From Coleofasciculus chthonoplastes F2-STO-03 (GTDB lineage: Bacteria; Cyanobacteriota; Cyanobacteriia; Cyanobacteriales; Coleofasciculaceae), in NCBI GenBank assembly GCA_040222015.1, contig JAVJWO010000178.1:64001-128000 (forward strand): a stretch of DNA of 64,000 nucleotides, in the 5' to 3' direction. Made by a program: the position numbers and the translations under genes. The notes under the pieces were generated by a model. That model saw only the letters and a list, made by a program, of their open reading frames with translations. It was not told the origin of the DNA and did not search any database. How positions within the stretch are numbered: the first letter of the stretch is position 1; every line of letters begins with the position of its first letter. Shown here in pieces: positions 57,701 to 64,000 of the stretch.

Positions 57701-59305
57701 GCGCGGTTTATGGTGACACCTGCTGATGATGTAGCCGCGCTGGATAATTTTACTCGGTATATTATCAGTCATGAATCCGTGGTTATTCAGGGAAATCAAC
57801 AGGTTAATCAGCAAAAACAATGGCAGCAAGGAATTAAGGATTATGCCCGTCGAATTGAAACCATTTCCCATGATTCCTTAATAGACTCATCACAATGGCG
57901 GCAGTTTGGCGAAATTCTAGCTATCTTAGCCTCAGCAGGTTATCCCGAACTAAACCTGCAAGCTGGGACGTGTTTTTATCGCGCCCAAAATTATGCTCAA
58001 GCGATACAGTATTGGGACGAAAGTAATGCAACTCAACTCCCAGACTATCATCGGGCAAAAGCCTTTACTGTGGGTATGCCAGAAGGATTAGCGTATTTGG
58101 CACAAGCAGGCGAAGCTGATCAGATTATCCACCAATGGCGGCAAGCTGGCAAACCGCGCGATCGCAGATGGCTGCGTTATGTCGCCCAGGCGTTGGAAAT
58201 GAAGCAGGAATACCAGCAAGCCTGCGTGGTTTATGTGGGGTTAGATGACTTGGCTAAAGTCAAAGACTGTTTTCAACTGGCGACGCGGGATGGGATCAGA
58301 ATCAAGCTACTACGACTACTGTTCCGTTATTGCTTCCGCCAGAAATACTGGCAAGATGCCCTCGAATTGCTAGACACCGATTTGCCGAATGTCATCGGTT
58401 CAACTGAGGAAAAAAACGCGCTGAATTTCGACATTGTTTATGAACTGGCAGGGTCAGAATTCAATCCCAAAGACTTGAGCAAAGACCAACGCCAGGACTA
58501 TGCACAATTTATAAAAGAGCAGGTTTTATCCAATTGTGACTGGCAAGATTACCTGTTGATGCCACAGATAGGAATTGCCTTGGAAAAAATTGGAACACTG
58601 GTCGAAACGCTAGCATTTTACGAGCAATTTGTCAACGATACGAACCTGCAACAGCGTCAATTTGCCCGGGAACGTTGGATAGGAACGAAGAAAAAACAAG
58701 TGGATTATGTGACAAATCAGGGGAAGCTGAGGAAAGCGGCAAAATTGCAGTCTAATTTGATTAAAAAAGCGCAGCAGTGGGCAATAAATCCCGATAGTAT
58801 CTCGGTGATTCCTCCATTAGCGCCAAGAGAACGTCCTTTGAGAGATAAGGGAGTTAACTCAAAACTTAGTCAGGGCAGGTTTGGCACAAACGTTATTATC
58901 GATAGCGAAAAGCAAGTTCCTCAACCCGCCCCTACACACTCAAAACTTCCCCAATCCCCTGAAACTGAGCAACTGACGATTACTGGATTACCCTCGGACG
59001 TAATAATAGAGGAATTTGAGAATGGGGTGATAGGATTCACGGTGCGTCACTTAGCAATTAAGGTAATGAAATCAATCCATCACGTCTTAATTACCGATAT
59101 TCTTAGTAATCGAGAGGTACGTGTGGATTGGGCAAAATGTCAGGTGAATCTAGGAGACGCGACGGTGGAAGCTGGGGAGAGTCAACAGTTATCTTTTACG
59201 CTGGTTTCTAGTGGTTATCGGGGTGTTCTATGCTGTAATCAGCCAGAACTGCGACTGGAATTGGAGATTCAGGGGTGTGAGAATCGGATTGCTATTTGTT
59301 CGTAG
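54716..59305 (+). CDS. Large SF1 (UvrD-like) helicase-domain protein with TPR-like C-terminal half and a possible RelE-like N-terminus
   Basis: GRAGSGKST, FLTYN, CDEAQD, AGDPFQT, NYRS, SAKGLEF, LYVAASRA, followed by helical repeats. Confidence 0.85.
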   Translation: MYIYRTSGFNEKAERYGIGDRIDDLCTQLQTQRLDEVQSRFERVYPYLKRRILNQRLIGRILHLDHQQLLCFIDIFKRGDHDYEQFLESPLDYGCTHLEPQLDRQQIRDCLTQAQSQQQAVAPLPELPERLRPWLDPPGWERDIVPDDWVIYESEEWVRQLTTVKLQEAWKTYYQIISQINTHTAPSTGNGNGNRAAIPTDSFAETLIISREPQLPENVNLWSENNCYVLYSQIETTDTSVRGVLFLLAAFDHPPSSAEITEVGHRTTLFNGANTPNRLSQPLTIHELTPFARRSYPAYLLADAESWLAIERGREANLALSPEEEEILQSVSCPTPQTDSLPLFINGRAGSGKSTMLIYLFADYCYRKYYTPQGHRRPEPLPGKPLFLTYNERLLDIARDGVNRLLRSHHRFVAERSPGDHIPNCDRYFQPFGKFLLSLLPPQERQRFNPDHYISFHRFKQLYQGTRPEPALAKLILHLPQSRRYSPEICWHIIRSFIKGYGQSDDMTPEDYQEEVPRKERTIDVDKFQGIYDTIWQHWYKHLTTELDYWDDQDLIARVLELKCYHPHYTAIFCDEAQDFTRLELQLIMRLSLFSQYHLGYQPIPSLPFAFAGDPFQTLNPTGFHWSSTQSAFDAEVITALDPADQLKLTVNFQELSYNYRSSLSIVQFTNLIQLWRHVLFDIPELQPQTAWHPGDFPEPQMFILNQTISAEELITYIKDTIIIVPCEEGEELAYAQTDQVLSQIFGQLNPRELLTGNRKQGTEEMRELTQHSTLSPEPLKNVLSAISAKGLEFKRVILYKFGEECSDNVWNLQGVDQKVKVEYFFNKLYVAASRATDYLFIVDSDTGNRQLWNYASDEALLQAMLGYAKHKSRWQDNVKTLAPGMPNMVETMREDDPGAIAQEFQLKGLHAENPSLLRRAKQFYRDLGDITQANYCQAWALKFERQYRDAGHCFLDLGESDQAWDCFWQGLCWSELVAWDDSHPHHQSAPEGILARFMVTPADDVAALDNFTRYIISHESVVIQGNQQVNQQKQWQQGIKDYARRIETISHDSLIDSSQWRQFGEILAILASAGYPELNLQAGTCFYRAQNYAQAIQYWDESNATQLPDYHRAKAFTVGMPEGLAYLAQAGEADQIIHQWRQAGKPRDRRWLRYVAQALEMKQEYQQACVVYVGLDDLAKVKDCFQLATRDGIRIKLLRLLFRYCFRQKYWQDALELLDTDLPNVIGSTEEKNALNFDIVYELAGSEFNPKDLSKDQRQDYAQFIKEQVLSNCDWQDYLLMPQIGIALEKIGTLVETLAFYEQFVNDTNLQQRQFARERWIGTKKKQVDYVTNQGKLRKAAKLQSNLIKKAQQWAINPDSISVIPPLAPRERPLRDKGVNSKLSQGRFGTNVIIDSEKQVPQPAPTHSKLPQSPETEQLTITGLPSDVIIEEFENGVIGFTVRHLAIKVMKSIHHVLITDILSNREVRVDWAKCQVNLGDATVEAGESQQLSFTLVSSGYRGVLCCNQPELRLELEIQGCENRIAICS

Positions 59306-59406
59306 TCAGCACTTTAGTGCTGGAAAATAGAGCATCTGAAGCCACTAAAGTGGTTACTACAAACGGACTGGGTTATAACGGGGGTAGCAAATTAGCGGCA
59401 GTTTTT

Positions 59407-59976
59407 TTAAAATCGCAACCCTACGCCACCCTGCACCGAAACCGCTGTTCCGCCTCCTTTACGATAGGCATCAAAGGCAATAATTGCATTCCCAAAAAGC
59501 ACTGTAGTACCCCCAGGAACAACATAATCAATCCCCGGTTGCAAAGCGAAGCTAGTTTTATCTCCCACCGGTGAGGGCGTATCACCACTCGCAAACGCCG
59601 CACCCGCCCCCAGATACACATCCGTTTGCCAGTTCAGGGGAAAATCATAAGAAATAGTTGGCACCACCGCCGTACCTGCACCAATCAGGGCTTGCGCTCG
59701 CAGAGAGACAGGAAGTTCTAAGAGTTTGTATCGTACCGCCAAAACTCCCCCAAATTGCCGCCCTTCACCGCGATCATCTTCTTCAATACCGAATGTACCA
59801 CCCACTCCCACATAACTGCCGTAAGCGGCTTGAGCTGATGCTGATGTGGGGGTAAACGCCAGACTCGCGAGTACCCCTGTGGCAAGGGTTACGCTGATGC
59901 CAATAAAATGTCGCATATTCGGACTCCTCAGTACTGATGTCGCTGATTTTAGCTTGTGATCTACCTGACTTTCCAT
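59407..59976 (-). CDS. Small outer-membrane beta-barrel protein (start probably MRHF)
   Basis: Signal peptide, SYVGVGG, and terminal GGVGLRF. Confidence 0.8.
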   Translation of the reverse strand: MESQVDHKLKSATSVLRSPNMRHFIGISVTLATGVLASLAFTPTSASAQAAYGSYVGVGGTFGIEEDDRGEGRQFGGVLAVRYKLLELPVSLRAQALIGAGTAVVPTISYDFPLNWQTDVYLGAGAAFASGDTPSPVGDKTSFALQPGIDYVVPGGTTVLFGNAIIAFDAYRKGGGTAVSVQGGVGLRF

Positions 59977-60172
59977 GGGGCGTCTTGAAACGCGAGCAGA
60001 TCAAGGAGATTAAGGAATCTGATTCAAGCGTTTGAATCAATCAAAACCCCACTAGGAGCATATCAGAGAAAGTCGGGGCGGCTTTAATTCATTGGGGTGA
60101 GAGAAACAACGAGAGTCGTAAAACCCGCTTCTATATCAGGTATATGGGAGAATGAAAAAATCCGAGAAGAGA

Positions 60173-61384
60173 TTATTTTGCAGAGGATGAGTTAACATCA
60201 ATGGTTATCCAAAACTTTGACTTTTTGAACTTAAGTAGGAACGGAGACCATAAACTCCCGCCACGCCTAAAAGCTCGCCTGTTGTGTGCCGCGTTGTGGT
60301 CAGCATGGGCAAGGTAGCCACAATGAACACACCTAAACCTGTCACCTTTTCGGTTTCGTCTATCCCATCTGTTGCAGTTCGAGCAGAACTGCGAGGTCTT
60401 GAAGGGGCCTTTCACCACAAGCTGAATCCCCTCCTCCTCACACAACATTTCCAAAAACTGCACCAAAGTACGATAAAGCCAATGAGACAGCCGCCTGTTA
60501 AACAGGCGAGAGAACGTCCCTCGTTTTCCCTGTTTAACCTTCTTCAAATCCTCAATACTGAGAATCTTTATAGAAGACCAATCAACTTTCTTCAGAACCT
60601 GACCCAACATCGATTTAATTTCGGCGTGGGTATGCTTTTGACGCTTTTGAAACCCCTGAATTCGTTGATAAATATCTTCTCCAACTACCTGGGAGTCACT
60701 GAATACGACGCCGTTTTTGTAGTTAGAATCCATCCCAACTACCTGACCTGATGTTCTCAAGGGAGGTCTAACTTTCTCAAAGATCAAATCAACACCTCGG
60801 CTTATCTCGACTCCGCTCGATACAAGTCGCTCGGTGTTGACCCTGAGCGAAGTCGAAGGGTCAATCCACAATCGCCCTTTCTTCAATCCCATGCGGATCG
60901 TTTTAGAGAGTTGCCATCCCTGAGCTAACCGTTGATTGATTACTGAGGTGGACTTGAGCGGGATAACTAACTTGGGCGCCCCCGATCCAATCAGTTTGAC
61001 GCACCAATCAAAGCCCTTTTTTTCAAAGGGTTCGATGGTGGCGAAGTGATAGAACAATGTAACTGTGTGCCATTTTAGCTGGGGTTTCCGTTTTCTATCT
61101 TTCTTGTGTTGAGAAAAAACACACTCACTCGCTTGTTTTGCAAGTGCTTGCCCTAAACGGGTTGTGATCCCAAACTTTTTCTTGGCTCGGTGCACTGTTG
61201 GCAGGTCAGCCAGTTTCCCCGAAAAATCTTGACGTTGCCAAAACAAGTCAACAAAATACTGCATAACATCGTGGCATTGACCCAAAAATTCGCGCACAAT
61301 TTTCGACTTACCCACATTCAAATCATTCAGGTAAACCCTAGCTGTACGCCTCATCAAATTTTTGTTTCTTAGAAATGCCATCAT
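60173..61384 (-). CDS. tnpB: TnpB/Cas12f-like nuclease with in-frame repeat insertion and probable C-terminal frameshift
   Basis: VGMDSN, SIEDL, TSQFCSNC...FRCVHCG, HADHNAA, plus a 24-aa PSTSLRV... insertion. Confidence 0.85.
   Translation of the reverse strand: MMAFLRNKNLMRRTARVYLNDLNVGKSKIVREFLGQCHDVMQYFVDLFWQRQDFSGKLADLPTVHRAKKKFGITTRLGQALAKQASECVFSQHKKDRKRKPQLKWHTVTLFYHFATIEPFEKKGFDWCVKLIGSGAPKLVIPLKSTSVINQRLAQGWQLSKTIRMGLKKGRLWIDPSTSLRVNTERLVSSGVEISRGVDLIFEKVRPPLRTSGQVVGMDSNYKNGVVFSDSQVVGEDIYQRIQGFQKRQKHTHAEIKSMLGQVLKKVDWSSIKILSIEDLKKVKQGKRGTFSRLFNRRLSHWLYRTLVQFLEMLCEEEGIQLVVKGPFKTSQFCSNCNRWDRRNRKGDRFRCVHCGYLAHADHNAAHNRRAFRRGGSLWSPFLLKFKKSKFWITIDVNSSSAK
60789..60860. repeat. 72-bp nested small-dispersed-repeat (SDR-like) insertion
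   Basis: Flanked by duplicated TCAA. Cores CTCGACTCCGCTCG and TGAGCGAAGTCGAAG; related units at ~6200-6225 and 20918-20960. Confidence 0.8.
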
Positions 61385-61543
61385 GCCGTTGTCATGTATG
61401 GGTAAGGGTCTTTGTACACCTGAGGGAGAGATTGTTCAAGGGTTCACCCCCCCAAGAGCCGCTTCGGTTATTTTATGTCATCTTAGCTCGACCCAATATA
61501 AAATAATAGCAAATAAAGTCAAAATATTGGAGAATTATTTACA

Positions 61544-61945
61544 ATGCCTGATATTGTCGATATTGCCGTTAGTGCGGATTCATTCCAAACCCTGGTAGCT
61601 GCTGTACAAGCGGCTGGTTTAGTGGACACTCTTAAAAGTCCTGGTCCTTTTACAGTTTTTGCACCCAATGATGCTGCTTTTGCCAAGTTGCCACCAGGAA
61701 CCATACAAACGTTGCTCCAGAATATTCCCCAGCTTACGCGAATTCTGACGTATCATGTCGTTTCCGGGAAATTGACTCAAGCTGATTTAGCCAAGGTCGA
61801 TTCGGTAACTTCTGTTGAGGGTTCGTCTATCCGAATTGACTGTTCTGATGGTTTTGAAGTCAAAAATGCCACAGTTGTTGCCCCTGACATCGAAGCAGAT
61901 AATGGTATTATCCATGTTATTGACACGGTAATTCTCATGGGGTAA
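61544..61945 (+). CDS. Fasciclin (FAS1) domain protein
   Basis: [22 protein letters not shown]. Confidence 0.95.
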   Translation: MPDIVDIAVSADSFQTLVAAVQAAGLVDTLKSPGPFTVFAPNDAAFAKLPPGTIQTLLQNIPQLTRILTYHVVSGKLTQADLAKVDSVTSVEGSSIRIDCSDGFEVKNATVVAPDIEADNGIIHVIDTVILMG

Positions 61946-62448
61946 AGTCACCATCAAAAGGAGGATCAGACCCCATTGAGTAAAGGGCGACCCGACCCGA
62001 TTGAGTGGGCGGGTGTGGTTAATTGATGTAAACGGGTCGCCCCTACAGGTTGTTAATTGATGTCCTATCGAATCAGGTTGATTGCACACAGCGGTAATCA
62101 CCTCATAATGAGCGTTCCAGCCATGTTTCGTGAGGTTGTTTAACCCGATTTGATGTCAGATTTAAATTTCAGGTGGGCAGTATTCAATTGACTATGTTAA
62201 CCTGTTGGTTTTGATGCTAGTTTAGAGTCTAGTTTAGAGTATTGAGCGCCTGTAAATCCGGCAACGTCAGAAGATATTGAGAAAAATTCTATTTTGGCAG
62301 CAGCCTGTTGAATTATACCAGAATTTTGTGGACTAGACGACCCCCACGTTTCATTGGCGAAATGAAAATAAAAGTTAACGGTCATCCGGATTGTGCCGTT
62401 TCCCTAATGAAGACAAAAGGAAAGCCAACTTGTAAGGTTGAAGCAGTC

Positions 62449-62772
62449 ATGACAATGAAGAACGGTCAATGCCACTCCTGTGGATCTTATCAGATCAGAA
62501 GTAACAAAAACCGAAAATTTCCCGCACTGAATACGATGACGCTAGGACTAGGAAACTCCAGCGCTCGTTATGCTTCACTGGATACGTATGTTTGTGTCAA
62601 TTGTGGCTATGTTGAAAGCTATGTGGCATCAGCCGATGATCTAAACTACATTCAAGAGAACTGGGCAAAAGTTGAAGCGCCCTGTGAGAATGGAAAGCGA
62701 TCGCCCAAAAAAGTTGAATCGCTTCCTTCTAGAGCGCACGAGGAGTTCAAGCGCAGAGCCATGCACGGTTAA
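62449..62772 (+). CDS. Small zinc-ribbon hypothetical protein
   Basis: CHSCGS...VCVNCGYVESY. Start placed at MTMKNG rather than at the longest ORF start. Confidence 0.65.
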   Translation: MTMKNGQCHSCGSYQIRSNKNRKFPALNTMTLGLGNSSARYASLDTYVCVNCGYVESYVASADDLNYIQENWAKVEAPCENGKRSPKKVESLPSRAHEEFKRRAMHG

Positions 62773-62799
62773 TCCTGTAGATGGCATAATTTGAGCCGA

Positions 62800-63894
62800 T
62801 CATTCTTGCCAATACCCTAGATGCTTACGAGCCGCGTCTGTAGCAACCCGCCCGCGAGGGGTTCGATGTAAGTAACCAATCTGCAATAAATACGGTTCAT
62901 ACACTTCCTCAATGGTTTGAGCGTCTTCTCCGGTGGCGGCGGCTACGGCTTCTAAACCCACAGGTCCCCCTTGGAATTGTTCAATCATCACACTTAACAC
63001 CAGCCGATCCGTCCAATCCAAACCCGCCGGATCAACATTGAAGACTTCCAAGGCAACGGCGGCGACGTCTGGATTAATAACACCCATCTTTTTCACCTGA
63101 GCATAATCCCGCACTCGCCTCAGTAAACGATTGGCGATGCGGGGAGTTCCCCGCGAACGACGGGCAATTTCTATCGCTCCCTCTTCGCTCATCGGCGTTT
63201 GTAATAATTGGGCGGTGCGTTGCACAATTAGACTCAATTCCTCGGGTTCGTAGAATCGTAAGCGCTGGATCAAACCGAAGCGATCGCGTAAGGGGGAGGT
63301 GAGTGATCCTACCCTTGTCGTCGCGCCAACCAGGGTAAACTGGGGCAAAGGAATACTCCGAGTTCGCGCTGATTGCCCTTTGCCAATCGTAATATCTAAA
63401 CGGTAATCCTCCATCGCCGGATACAACAGTTCCTCACTCATACGTGTGAGGCGATGAATCTCATCGATAAATAAAATATCCCCCGGTTTCAGATTCACTA
63501 AAATCCCCACAATATCCCGGGGACGTTCCAACGCTGGCGCCGCTGTAATTTTACAATTCGTCCCCATCTCCGTCGCCAAAATTAGCGACATCGTGGTTTT
63601 CCCCAATCCTGGCGGTCCATACAAGAGCAAATGATCTAAAGCCTCATTTCGCGCCTTCGCCGCCGCGATCGCAATTTCTAAAACATCTTTGAGTTCTTTT
63701 TGCCCAATATAGTCGGCTAACCGATGGGGACGAATCCCCTCCTCTTGGTTCTCTGTTTCATCGGCTGTCGCCGTCGCCAGTAACAAGTCTGCTTCCAAGT
63801 CTTGCTGACGTTTCTTACGGCGACCCTTTTTTTTCTGGCGAGATTGGGGTTGTGGGTCGGGTTCTTGAGATTGTCTAAAGGAGGTTATAGCCAT
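62800..63894 (-). CDS. ruvB: Holliday junction branch migration helicase RuvB
   Basis: [56 protein letters not shown]. Confidence 0.98.
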   Translation of the reverse strand: MAITSFRQSQEPDPQPQSRQKKKGRRKKRQQDLEADLLLATATADETENQEEGIRPHRLADYIGQKELKDVLEIAIAAAKARNEALDHLLLYGPPGLGKTTMSLILATEMGTNCKITAAPALERPRDIVGILVNLKPGDILFIDEIHRLTRMSEELLYPAMEDYRLDITIGKGQSARTRSIPLPQFTLVGATTRVGSLTSPLRDRFGLIQRLRFYEPEELSLIVQRTAQLLQTPMSEEGAIEIARRSRGTPRIANRLLRRVRDYAQVKKMGVINPDVAAVALEVFNVDPAGLDWTDRLVLSVMIEQFQGGPVGLEAVAAATGEDAQTIEEVYEPYLLQIGYLHRTPRGRVATDAARKHLGYWQE

Positions 63895-64000
63895 GATTTC
63901 AGCCTATCATTTCATCGGCGACCAAGACACTCAGGCGCAAAAGGTTTAGATTAGTTAAGGAACTAAGTATTATCGCATCACACAGCGTAAGACATCTGAC

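Larger units (their letters stand above)
848..63671. repeat. HIP1 (GCGATCGC) octamer dispersed across the window
   Basis: Many exact copies, e.g. ~845, 3232, 5852, 8189, 14572, 14640, 36911, 37026, 37116, 42397, 63665. Confidence 0.9.

Overview
A 64-kb chromosomal segment from a filamentous cyanobacterium. This is inferred from abundant HIP1 GCGATCGC octamers, heptamer STRR tandem repeats, PEP-CTERM and Uma2 genes, and a TftA-like amidase; the repeat repertoire resembles Oscillatoriales such as Coleofasciculus. Housekeeping genes (miaE, tsaB, cobQ, hisIE, ggt, ruvB, peroxiredoxin, ABC exporter, nucleoside phosphorylase) are interleaved with six elements of the IS200/IS605/IS607 (OMEGA) type: three full-length TnpB genes of different subfamilies, a tnpA/tnpB remnant, an IsrB gene with its omegaRNA inserted exactly in front of a host ATG, and a 415-bp protein-less element carrying an IscB-type (HEARO) omegaRNA. 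Candidate defence or conflict genes are an McrB-like NTPase with an internal TPR module paired with a DUF2357/PD-(D/E)XK nuclease, a 1529-aa RelE-like/SF1-helicase/TPR protein, a NACHT-HEAT NLR-like protein with variable repeats, and an orphaned TPR protein whose upstream partner gene is internally deleted. There is also a ZIP transporter with an inserted cNMP-binding domain. Intergenic DNA is full of nested small repeats (GTAG-REP hairpins, TAAGTAGGT and TATAGC MITE-like elements, SDR-like units, STRRs). No rRNA, tRNA or CRISPR array was seen. All family assignments come from motif recognition by eye, not database searches.
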